A DNA stretch of 61,635 nucleotides, counting the filler, from Dirinaria sp. TL-2023a (Eukaryota), in NCBI GenBank assembly GCA_051941275.1. It is 19 parts of 19 records of this genome, joined end to end, with 100 filler letters (N's around TTAATTAATTAA, not from the genome) between each part and the next. Parts side by side here need not be neighbours in the genome. Positions count along the whole stretch, not along the records: positions 22,925 to 26,077 come from JAVEBF010002105.1; positions 26,178 to 29,327 come from JAVEBF010002106.1; positions 29,428 to 32,577 come from JAVEBF010002107.1; positions 32,678 to 35,823 come from JAVEBF010002108.1; 15 more parts are not named here. One strand, 5' to 3'. The position numbers and the translations under genes are program-made. The notes under the pieces are model-generated. The model was not told the DNA's origin. It searched no databases and saw only the letters and a list, made by a program, of their open reading frames with translations. Positions 24,701-35,923 of the stretch are shown here, one piece after another; the stretch's first letter is position 1, and the number at the start of each line of letters is the position of its first letter.

Positions 24701-26730
24701 CGCTTTCCCACACACCATCAGCTGCTGCAATTGCTGCAATAATCTGTAGCTCGCACGAGCTCACACGAGCAGCCAGATACTGCAAACCCATGACTTGCAC
24801 GAGCTGCATGCGTGCTGTATTGAAGCACTTCTGGGTTGTTCGCCCTTTATCGGGCGCAAATCGGATGGCAGATTTTCGATCCTGTGAGGCCCGACCAACC
24901 AGCCTGGTGCAGAGAAGAACCTGGATGGAACAGCCCAAGAATGCCCTGATCGAACCCTAGAATTACAACTTCGCTTCCAATCTAAGGTAAGGTACATCAA
25001 GGTCCCTTGGTACATTGAAGTACCTTACCTATCTCGGGTACGCCACGTCTAGGTAAGTACAAGGTAAGTCTCAACCATGTAGTAGATACAAGGTATGCAT
25101 AACGTAAGACGCAATCTATCAGACAGACTGTCAGATGCCAAATTTGGCAGGGTCGCAACACGGTCAGCGTCTAACAGCTACTACATTTGCAACACCTTAC
25201 AGTACTATGATCATATGACGGGCAAAAAATGAGGATGAATTACTTACCAAATCCACGATTTTTTTCGACGCAACATTAATTCCATCACTTGCCAATTATC
25301 TGTCCTATCAATGAGAATTGAAGGCGAAAGTTCTGTTACTTGACTCGCGCATTTCCAGGATCTCAAACAAACCCCTGCATGAGATATCAGTCTGCTACAA
25401 TATTAATCTATAGGATCTGGAAATTAAGAACATCCTGCATCTACTTGTACAGTACATTTGCACGCATGCATGCACGATCACTCATGACATGCTCGACATG
25501 CACAGCAGTCAGCAGCAGCGCACAGATCTGTATGTACGAGGATATCGATATCGGGCCTTTTTCATTAATTGAACTCCTATTCCTAGTTTCGTGCATGCAA
25601 AGCTATTTTCTTCATGAGCATCTTTCCCAACCCATCAAAAAAAAAGACTAGAACCTCCTTATGATATACAGAGCACATTCTGATTGTGCAATGCCAGTAA
25701 CTCGGTGAGCTTTTCTCTCACCCTTAGGAAAAAAAAAAGAAAAAGAAAAAGAGGGGGGTGGGTTGCATTGACACCTTCCCCATGGGGATTGACAGCATAT
25801 ACCTGCACAATTTGATCACGCAATGCCAGTCTGATGGTGTGTGCCTTTCCCAAACATGTCCCAATAAAAAGAGAGTTATCGTATTGACACCTGGAGTACA
25901 TGCCTACACATTCCGATTATGCAAAGCCAGTTTTCTGACAGATGGGACCCACTCCCAATGCCAAAAAAAGAAAAAAAAAAAAAGAAAAAAAAAAAATCTA
26001 AGATAAAAACGTTGTTGGGGAAGAAAAAAAAAAAAGAGCGGGGATGGGGCCGCGGTTGGGTGTGGGAGGGAGAAAGCNNNNNNNNNNNNNNNNNNNNNNN
26101 NNNNNNNNNNNNNNNNNNNNNTTAATTAATTAANNNNNNNNNNNNNNNNNNNNNNNNNNNNNNNNNNNNNNNNNNNNCCCTGTCTCTTTGCCCCCTGGTC
26201 TGACCGAGGCTTGCCAAGCCGATCGATCGCCTCCTACACGGGACCCGGTAGTCAGATGCAGGTGTTCTTTCATGCTTAATCACATCGAAACTAAGGTAGT
26301 AGCATAGGGGGCAGGACCAGTAATGTAAGTATTTCTAAGAGGGTGTTATTATTATTGTTATTTTTATTTTCGTTCGTATCACCGCTACCTCTGCCACTGC
26401 CACTACCACTTCCACTACCAATTACCACGACCAATTACCACTACCAGCTACCACCCTGTCTAAAAATTTAAACAAACCAACCCCACTGAGCCATACTAGG
26501 TACTCGTACTGGCCATACTACCATTGGCCACACTAATCCCCCCCCTCGCTCGGCTCGTCCGCTTGTCTTCGATGTCGTCGTTAATTCGCCGAGACTGGCT
26601 CGAACTAAAGCAACTTTGACAGTAACGTTCGCTCAAAGCAAAAAGTGGATCGTCATTTCACATTCGATCTCTAGCGTGATGCTTAGACTTCCCTCTGTCG
26701 GTCTCTTCCTCCAGACCTTGCAGTCTTGCA

Positions 26731-26760
26731 CCTACCTTACCTTACCTTGCCTTACCTTAG
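26731..26760. repeat. (CCTTA/TACCT)n pentamer tandem repeat
   Basis: cctaccttaccttaccttgccttaccttag. Confidence 0.85.
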
Positions 26761-27901
26761 TCGCTGACGGATGCGGCTTGCTCCTTTGAGAAACCTCGAG
26801 ATATGGGCAACCCTGTCTGTCTGTCGGCTAACTTTGACAGCAGCGGGCGGGTAAAGTCATCTTCTCCACTGTCATCTGGCCTTCCTCTGCTCTTAGGCCC
26901 GAAAGTCTCTCTTCGTGGATGGCGATCACATGGAACATCTCCCCCTTCCCCCCCCCTCCTCCTCCTGGGTGCCATTATCCGAAAAGTAGTAGTATCTGTC
27001 TGCTCTCCCAAACCTCATCATTCCTCAACTGCCTCGAAACTCTCCCTTATTATTTGTGGCATGCTCAAAACAGCCATCTCTTCTACCCTTCGAATCCTCC
27101 AAGACGTAATAACGTAGTACCAAACACCTCAAGCACAGAAACCTTAGCCCCTTCTATATCACATCACATATCACTGTCCTACTTGGCTCCAAATTAGGCA
27201 ACTCCGCCTTCTGACAGGGCGACCACTTGTACCGAAAGCGTCATCCCACCATTAAACCCCATCATTCCTGGATTGGCTTACAAAAGCCCCGAGTGCAGAC
27301 TGCAGACGTGGCTCTCCTTCGATAGGCCATGTACAGCCGTTTTTCCACTCTTCGCCCGAGCCACCTGACCCACTTCATGCGACTAATCCAACTTTTGTGA
27401 CTGCGAAGGGACGAGGGACATCTTTCCCTTTATCTGGAGGATACCACATCGGCAAGTCGCCTCAAAAGCAATCCCGTCCCTGGCAGGTCGTAGCCCACAA
27501 TCGCAAGCGAGGAAGCAGTCGCCTATCTCTCGACTGTGCTGGACTTGTTCGGGGAGCTGGACGGATCATCAGCCTGTCAACGTCAAGTGTGGGTCATCGT
27601 CTTGCATTGTGGGGTCCAATCGTTGGATCAAGGTCGAATAACATATATTGCCGCACCAAGGGACGGTGGTATATGGCCCCTTCAGCTTCTTTCAGTGAAT
27701 CAAACCAACGTAAGCATTCTCCCTTTCTCCAACCCCCTTTCCCAATCCTCTGCTACTATATTTAAGGCCATGCGGCCATTGCTTCTTCGGTGCCAGGTTC
27801 CAGTCTCTTGGGTCTCCTTATAATTCGTTACTTATCCCTATGGAGTCCCTCTCTACTACTACTCAGTCTCCTAATTGATGTCTACTAACATTTCACTCAA
27901 G

Positions 27902-29244
27902 TCCCACGACTGAAATGGGGACTTGGTAGTCCACGCGAAAATCCGTGTTCTATCACAGAAGGAAACCAGCTCCCCATTTCAATGGGTCGACATTCTCGGC
28001 GCTCTGAAGCGCCGGAGCATCGGCGATCACCGACATCGCTGCATCGAGAACAGACTCAGCTGCCGCCAATTTCACAGGTATTCAGAGATTGCTTTCTGAA
28101 AACAATGTTTTGCGCCACTAAGAAGCGAGTGACAGGCTATACCGGAAATTGGGTGGCATCCTGCGAATGCCAATCTTGCAGATTATCGAAGTAAGCTCGA
28201 TCATCATCCGAGTGGGCTCTCCCAATATCACGGGCGGTCCCTTGTACCACCCGCGTCCGCATCGAGTAGATCAGCAACCCGCGCAGCACCACCTTTAGAA
28301 GTACCCCGGGATCGTCCTCAGAGTAGACAGCCAACGCCCAGTGACCGCGATAGCAGCTCGGCAATGCGTATGCCCATCCATCCCGGGCCCCCTCATCGCA
28401 GCAGCTGTTCCTCTTCATCTTCGGATTTTTCCTCAAATCGGCGTACTACTAACACTTCGCCATCCGTGTCTCCTAACGAAAGCGGCGAACACCGTTTACC
28501 CTCTAGGAAACCATCGCCTGAGAGGATTAAATCCGAGGACGAATCACGGTATGCCCGTGGCGGGTCTTCAGCTCCCTCTTCAAGTCCGTATGCTTCGTTT
28601 CTCTCGCACACACCACCTTCCGGGCAGTGGAATGACTATGGCCCTCAGCCCCTCGATTTGCGCCATCTTCCCAAGTCTGGCTACGCGTCAAGCCCTCCGG
28701 CGGTCATTCCGAGTCCAGGCTATTCGGTAGCCCCAGGCCCGTACATTGCGTATTCCGGTCCTCCCAGCGAAATCCAACCTTTCCCCTCGAAAAACGGGCA
28801 GCAAAATTATGCTCTGGGCTTCCAAAATGTGGATGCCGGAGAGCCGAGCAGCAAGAAGCGCCGAGGCAATCTACCCAGATGGAAGACTGATCTGATGAAG
28901 CGATGGTACGAAGCGCACATCAAGAACCCTTACCCGAACGATCAGGAAAAGCGCGAACTGATGGCTGCCACCGATCTCACGTTAGAGCAGGTACGTTGTT
29001 TCTCCGGCCCGTCTTTTCCCGTTCGGCGCTTCTTTGGCGGTTTTGCCCTGCTGACATGCCGGAAAAAAAGGTGGCCAACTGGTTCATCAACTGCAGGCGC
29101 CGACACGGACCGCAGATGAGCAGAGATGCGGAAGCGGAAGAGATGCTTCGAAGGACGCATGGGGAGTCGCAATTGGGATCGACAGACCGATCGCCACGCC
29201 GTTGTGACCCGGTGTCGAGGCAGCGATTCAAGTCTGAACGATAG
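27902..29244 (+). CDS. TALE-class (Homeobox_KN) homeodomain transcription factor; true start uncertain
   Basis: Introns 28078-28135 and 28991-29070. Spliced homeodomain KKRRGNLPRWKTDLMKRWYEAHIKNPYPNDQEKRELMAATDLTLEQ/VANWFINCRRR. The frame is open upstream of ATG 27982 to a CTAAC..AAG acceptor at 27901. Confidence 0.9.
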
Positions 29245-29427
29245 CCCAGCTTCAGGGTTCGGATCGATTATCTGAAAGTTTCTACGTTTTCTTCCGGCAT
29301 GATTTTCCAATTTCAGGGGTTCGGGGGNNNNNNNNNNNNNNNNNNNNNNNNNNNNNNNNNNNNNNNNNNNNTTAATTAATTAANNNNNNNNNNNNNNNNN
29401 NNNNNNNNNNNNNNNNNNNNNNNNNNN

Positions 29428-30723
29428 CGGCCCACATTGGCGCATCAGCGGGAGTTTTCAAAGACCAAAGGACCAGCACTTGCCCTACCATCTGTCCCTT
29501 CCAGGGAGAGCAATCTGTGTTCCGCAGCTGCTAGCGACCCTCAAGCATCACCCATCGAGGACTCCGCCTGCTCACTCGAGCAGTCTCCTCAACAGCCAGT
29601 CTCCAAGTTAAAGCGCATTCCCATACTCAGTCTTACAGGAGATAAGACAGAACGCCCAAAGAGAGACAGCCAACATCGGATGCTGTCCGGCTGGTTTAAC
29701 GGCGAATCTGAACCCATCAATATCGGCATTGTACCCTCGCCCACCAAAGAGCAGGTGGATCCCTTGCCCACCATGGCTTCGAAAACTACGCAAACCACGC
29801 CGAAGCCAGCACTCTCGAGCCGCTTCTCCTTCTTCACCAGCAAACCTTCGTCGGCTAAGATATCGTCAGCAACAGACCCCACCGATGAGTTTCTGGATCT
29901 CGATATCAACGCAGCTCTCTTTCCGTCCGGTCCGGCCGATGCGTTCTCTCCAGCATCATTCAAGAACCACATGCAACACGCGGAAGGTCTACTATCTCGG
30001 CTACAGGCGGCTTACCGAGAGCGTACAATTTCCTTGCGAGAGATGCAAGCGGAGAAAGAGACTCAAGCCGAGGAGAGAGAAGGCGCCGAGACACGCTCCA
30101 AACATCTAAAGATTCAGTTGGATGATATGTCGGCCAAACTGGCGGAGCAAGATAACGCAATGATGGATTTGGTAGAGCAACTAGCGAATGAGAAACGGCT
30201 GAGGCGAGAAGAAGAGAGTGCTCGTAAGAGAAGTGTCAGGCTTGTCAAGCCTTTGGGTATCGGGGCCTTGACACCTGTTACGTCAGATGCGGGTGTTGGG
30301 CACGACAGCCAAAGCACCCGGATGAGCTCAGCAAGCACCACGGACTGCGACTCCGAGGATGAAAGCTCGGCAGAGAGCTTGTTTTCCAAGAAGCGTAGCT
30401 CATCGCCACGGATGTCGCTATCGTCCGTCTCGACAACCAGCTCTCCAGAAACCTACCAGCCCCCCGAGGTGTCCAGCATTGCTATTGCGCAAACAGCACG
30501 CCTTCGACATGGCCAGCCAACGCTTGTCAAATCCCAGCGTCAAGGTTCGGTGGGCGCAGCTTCGCCTGCTTGGAATTGCGCCAACTGTCAAGGTGGCAAT
30601 GCTTCAGAGGCCTGGACGGTGGTTAGTGTACTGAAGGAAGAAAACAAGTGCCTGAAGGATAGGGTCGAGCATATGGAGCAGGCTTTGGAAGGGTGTTTGG
30701 ACGTGGTCAATAGGCTGAGCTGA
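29428..30723 (+). CDS. Conserved fungal hypothetical protein, Ser-rich with coiled coil; 5' probably truncated
   Basis: 428-codon open frame with LDINAALFP..FSPASFKN, RSKHLKIQLDDM and C-terminal CANCQG..EAW..LKEENKCLK..LEGCLDVV. Confidence 0.8.
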   Translation, partial: RPTLAHQREFSKTKGPALALPSVPSRESNLCSAAASDPQASPIEDSACSLEQSPQQPVSKLKRIPILSLTGDKTERPKRDSQHRMLSGWFNGESEPINIGIVPSPTKEQVDPLPTMASKTTQTTPKPALSSRFSFFTSKPSSAKISSATDPTDEFLDLDINAALFPSGPADAFSPASFKNHMQHAEGLLSRLQAAYRERTISLREMQAEKETQAEEREGAETRSKHLKIQLDDMSAKLAEQDNAMMDLVEQLANEKRLRREEESARKRSVRLVKPLGIGALTPVTSDAGVGHDSQSTRMSSASTTDCDSEDESSAESLFSKKRSSSPRMSLSSVSTTSSPETYQPPEVSSIAIAQTARLRHGQPTLVKSQRQGSVGAASPAWNCANCQGGNASEAWTVVSVLKEENKCLKDRVEHMEQALEGCLDVVNRLS

Positions 30724-31559
30724 TCGTGTTCAACGGCATACGTATCTGAGACGTTTGGCGTTTTGCATGATTGGTCTGTTATTGGACATGGCTCATGCGC
30801 TGGAAACGGAGAGCTGGAAGTATGACTGTACATCATCCGATAGACTGTATTGTCGGACTTACACACTACTTTACTAGCACGTAGAGTAAATAGCACCTTT
30901 CAAGTGTCTTGACAAAAATGGTTCTGACTATCATTCCAGGGACTGAATTGCCAGATTGGTTTAAATGGTCGTAGTAGATAGCCCGATTTACCTTCAGTAT
31001 CCGTTGACCCCCTGGCTCGCCTCGCTCGAGCCTGGACCCTGGAACCGGCGCTTCACCCGAAATGCCGGCAGCAATCCTACGATCGAGGACTTTACCACGA
31101 TTGGCCCCCTCGTTCATTTCGTCCTTTCGAAAACCACACTGCGTGCCTCATCAAGGAGTACATCGAATACAGTTTGGTACCCTTTTGAGCGCCAAGCCAA
31201 AGCTGTTCAGCAGCTCACGTGTAGACGTGCATTCCCGCCATCGAGTCATGTCGCTGATCCTCCCCAGCCACTCGCGTCGTGCCAGGCATCAGTCTTCGCC
31301 ACTGCGATTTCATTCATGGCTGTGAATCGATATTTCCTGCTTTTCTATCACGAATCCAAATAATGTAATTGCACTTCGTCATGAGTTTACGGTCCATGAA
31401 CATGCCATTCATTCTCTTACTGTTCTTACAATGGCTTTGAACGCCGTGTCATCACCTTGACGTCCAATTCTCTTCCATGAAAGCCATTACTTAGAACGCA
31501 GCGATTTTCTTTCCTAATTTCCCTCTCTCCTGAATTTCAGTCATATCTTGAAAGCAATA

Positions 31560-32577
31560 ATGCCCTTCATACCGCACACTCCCGAGTCTCTCCTCCCCCG
31601 CTCTGACTCTAAGAACCCTGCCACAACTTGCAAAGGCATCACTCAAGCCGGCCGACCTTGCCGACGCTCTCTAGCTTCGAAGTCGCTCAGCTCAAGATCG
31701 AAGACTAGCAACGGTGTGCTGGCGGTACTACCCGGCGATGATGAGCATGAAGGTGCAGCAGCTTTCTTCTGCCATGATCACCGGGATCAAGCCGCGGCCT
31801 TGGAAAATGCAGGTCAAGGTGGCACACAGCTACATACTTTGCAGGAGCGAAGTAGTATTGACACCTTGGTCGAGAGGATGGGGAGCATCAATCTTGGAGG
31901 CGGGAAGAAGAGGAGGCGTGAGCAGAGGGGTGGGAGAGTGGCCAGAAAGGAAACACTTCCGCAGAAATGGCAAGCAGTGGAAGGGCCGGTGATGGCGATC
32001 CCCAATGAAAGAGAGAAAGTTAGAATGGATGCGTGGACGAGGAAAAAAGAGAAACCGAGCTTTTGGTCGATGTTCTGCTGTGCGACGGTAGATCATGAAT
32101 ACGACACCCAGCTACCAAGGCCTCAACGAGCCGGGGAGAAGCAGGACGGCGCGACAGCTACGAGCGCAAGTATGCCCACTGCCGTCCATCCTCGAACCAG
32201 CAGCAGCAGTAGGCCCACAGACCGACCACCATTATCACCAAAGACCGCGAATCCCACTCTTCGCCCAACCTTACCGCGTGACCCATCGTCACAAACCCAA
32301 CATCTCCTCTCATGGATACCCAAAAGCCTCTCTCCGCAACAAACATCCGCCCTGCTTTCCGAGCTCGCAAAGCCCGTATCTCCGCACGACGAGGAAGGGT
32401 ACATTTACATCTTCTGGCTCACGCCGCAATCGCACAGCGCACCGGACCCCTCAACCGTCTCCTCGCTGCTGGGGAACAACTCCCCTCTTCCTTCTCCACG
32501 AGGGAGAAGAAGACGCAGCACCAGCAACAGCAACGAACTCCCCCTCCGCCACCCCCCTCCCCCCAGCAGCGAAGCGC
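31560..32577 (+). CDS. DUF1766 / MUG113 (T5orf172, GIY-YIG-like) domain protein, 3' truncated
   Basis: MPFIPHTPESLLPRSDSKNPATTCKGIT..GRPCRR, FFCHDH and LLSELAKPVSPHDEEGYIYIFWL. Confidence 0.8.
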
Positions 32578-33179
32578 NNNNNNNNNNNNNNNNNNNNNNN
32601 NNNNNNNNNNNNNNNNNNNNNTTAATTAATTAANNNNNNNNNNNNNNNNNNNNNNNNNNNNNNNNNNNNNNNNNNNNGGTTGTTTTCGACTTAGTAACGT
32701 CCTCGGGTTATTCTCCGAGGCGTGAGTGTTCTCATTTCGGTAGTGCAGGTGCTATGGATTAAGTTGGGGATAATGCGGATTCACAGACAAGAGAGATTTG
32801 GCCACGTTGAATTTCGAAATAAAACAGATTATTGCCCCTGACAAATCTAAAGAAAGAGCAAAGCTTCCCAAGAAAGAACTCTTCGCAAGTCCAATCGCAG
32901 GGTTGCTGATGTGGCGCATTCAACGTTTGTCGCGTACTCCCCTGCAGATTACTCTCAAGAGAACTTTTTCTTTTCACATAGATCCGACGTTCAGAGATCG
33001 GGTCGCTTATCTCATGCATGAAATGTGCAACCCCCAATCTCAACTCGCCGACATGGCGTGCGTGATACAAGCACACCATCCATCCCATCTTTACTTTTGA
33101 AAGGATAAAAAAAATATAAAAAAAAGGGAAAAAACAACCAAAAGGGCAAACCTTCACTCTCATCTTTCACCCCTACACT

Positions 33180-33822
33180 ATGCTCTCCACCTCCCTCATC
33201 CCATTCCTCCTCTTTCTCTCCGTCCCCGCCCACGCTCTAACGGTTCCTCTCCCCCTGGTCCTCCATAATACCACCGCTGCCCTCTCCACGCCCTTCAACG
33301 CTTCCCACATCCCCTCCCAAAGCAGCGGTGTCTGGTACTGTTATAACCATCCCGAACCTCCCCTCCACCGCACCACTTACGGGGCCTGCGCCCATATCGC
33401 GGCCGCTCTCAACACCCTCGATCCAACTGGCGAGCGCGAATTCCTCTTCTCCCCCCGCCGCGTGGCGGATATCCAGCTCCCCTACGCGTTGCGGTGGGAG
33501 AATTGCGTGATGGATCTGCGCGGCGTGGACGCGGATGGCTGGGACGTGTTTCCGATAAGGATGCTGGCGAGTGCTGTGCTGGATTTGGCGAGGACGTGAG
33601 TTCTCTAATTTTTTTTTTTTTCCTCTTTGTCCCTTTTCTCCTTCTTGAGGGGATTTCGGGTAGTGGGGGAATGATTTAGCTGATAAAATTTATGGTACAT
33701 ACAGATGTGTGCAGGAGAGAGCGCATGTTGGGGGGTGGGGGACGGTCGGGTATCACTGGCGGTTGAATGTTGCATTGGTGGGAATCGAAGCGCTGGTGGG
33801 TGGCAGTCAGAGTGATAGCTGA
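33180..33822 (+). CDS. Small secreted 4-Cys protein (177 aa), effector-like
   Basis: Signal peptide MLSTSLIPFLLFLSVPAHA. Intron 33596-33704 (GTGAGT..CTGAT..CAG) joins in frame to CVQERAHVGGWGTVGYHWRLNVALVG..; stop TGA 33820-33822. Confidence 0.75.
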
Positions 33823-34907
33823 GACGGACAGTCTGGATGTAGATGCAGAAGAGTGGCAATATTGTGTGTCTGAGAGTGAGAGAGCGCGTTCTAGAGGGTT
33901 TGTATATCGATCTCGCGATGAAATGGTTACGTATTTCAGTGCAGCTCATTTGAGCAAGCAGAGAATTGGAACAAATCATGGACTCGGATAGGTGAAGTTA
34001 CAAAAGAGATATAGGCCGTATAAAGACGAAAAGCATGGACTGGATAGCCTTCTTTAAAGGCGATAGGATACATCAGCATCCTGATTCCCATGCTTCTAAG
34101 AGTGCTATCCTTCGGCTGTTTTCGACTCTGTTGACGCGCTCTTATCGACAGATGATATTTTCTAGCGTCGAGATCAGTAGCTTATCCTTTGCATAGCATG
34201 AGCACAAGCTAGATTAGATTTTCAATTCTTTACTCTCGTAGAGCGTGCTGGACCTCCGTTTAGAGCTGTGAGATCAACAACTTCGCATCATAAATTCATT
34301 TCTTGTTTTGCAATGTTCCAACTTATCCGATCAACATCGAGAGTCGTGCTTCTCGCTTCCTCATGAGCACATCTATCCCGTTGAGGAAAATACACGAGCT
34401 TCATGAACCAGAATGCTGAAGAAACTTTCTCACGCGACATCTCAAAAGACCATTGGAGAGTAACGGATGTTGGTCTAAAGCATACTTGTATATTCATACG
34501 ATGTATGTTGTGGCGTATCATCGAGTACGAGGACAAAGCCCAGGAATTTTGGCAAGACACTGAAAGAACTTTAAAGATGTTGAAGCTGTTGAGCCAATTT
34601 GGCCCAAATTCGGCGATCAAACCCGCTTACTACATGTACATTACCTAAGCGATAGCTCAAGTGCCAAGCCCGCTCAACCCTGTGATTGATTCACCTTATA
34701 AACACTTTCCTACCTCCCTCATGAATCATCGTGTCAGACAGCAAATCTTGCACATTGCATCAAAAGAGGACCCCTCTTTTGGTGAATGCTTATTGCTGTA
34801 TTTGTTGATTTATTTTGTCCCACACATCGTTTCAAAGCAAGCCCGAGATTGCTTTTATACTTCGTCAATCTACTCCACAGACACTAAGCAGTCTTGAATT
34901 TTTGACC

Positions 34908-35516
34908 ATGTCGGGCAACGAGCCAGCAGTAGGGCTAGGTTGGGAGCCATCAAGCTGGGAATCAGACGATCAACGCCCAAAACCCTCAAGATGGGAAGAT
35001 AAATTGCTCGGCAAGCGTATCGTTTCCCTCGAACCCCGCTGCGCTCATCTAGAGGTGTATGCCTGCATCGACCCGCCCGTGCCAGATACAGATCTACCCA
35101 CTCACGTTGCAATCACGATGAACATACCGGCCAACGGTTCTCAGACGTCCAACCAAGCTTGCACTCTCCTGGAGCTACCTGCCGAAATACGCAACAAGAT
35201 CATGCAAGAGCTATTTCGCGACGTGAGTGTCAAAGATTGGGGAAGGAATGTTGGCGTGACCCCAGCTTCCATCATCTTCACCTGCAAACAGTTCTACAAT
35301 GAGACCAGAAACCTCGCGAAAGAGGCGTGTACGTTTCGGTTTGAGGATCTTCCATGGCAACATCGTCTTGTAGCCCATGGCTACGTAATGATCTGCGATT
35401 TGCGAGATAACCGGTATGTTACTCGGGCCTTTGAAGCCTTATCAATATCTAACATTCACAGGTTAAATTTACATCTGAATAGATCCGGGGTCGTCGATAG
35501 ATACTATTATGCCTGA
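34908..35516 (+). CDS. Peptidase inhibitor I78-like protein containing an F-box-like insert
   Basis: WEDKLLGKRI..TFRFEDLPWQHRLV..MICDLRDNR/LNLHLNRSGVVDRYYYA after removing intron 35414-35461. The central LLELPAEIRNKIMQELF..IIFTCKQFYNE is F-box-like. Confidence 0.6.
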   Translation: MSGNEPAVGLGWEPSSWESDDQRPKPSRWEDKLLGKRIVSLEPRCAHLEVYACIDPPVPDTDLPTHVAITMNIPANGSQTSNQACTLLELPAEIRNKIMQELFRDVSVKDWGRNVGVTPASIIFTCKQFYNETRNLAKEACTFRFEDLPWQHRLVAHGYVMICDLRDNRYVTRAFEALSISNIHRLNLHLNRSGVVDRYYYA

Positions 35517-35923
35517 TTAGCTTGCGTACCCAAACGAGCCTTGGGATTTGCAGGTTTCTGGGCGTAGAAGAATCATCGGGAGGTTTTAGTCTAATGTTTC
35601 CCCTATGTGCGAATAAACCACCACTCAGAGTAGGTTCGGATAAATTAAGTCCTGAACCAGATGTTTACTGCTGCTTTGCGTATGGAGCCCAAAGTGCAGT
35701 TGCTTGAAAATGCACGTCACACTTGCTGCGTACAACTGTTTTGCACGCTTTTGTGGGACCATTCCTCGTGCATGAAGACTGAAGCCTGTGTCTGTACCTC
35801 TCGACAACGCCGTCTCCTAATCGNNNNNNNNNNNNNNNNNNNNNNNNNNNNNNNNNNNNNNNNNNNNTTAATTAATTAANNNNNNNNNNNNNNNNNNNNN
35901 NNNNNNNNNNNNNNNNNNNNNNN

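Noticed and set aside
22925..26077. Short ORFs (60-142 aa) across contig 8
   Set aside because: No recognisable motif or coherent exon chain; treated as intergenic. A small spliced gene cannot be excluded.
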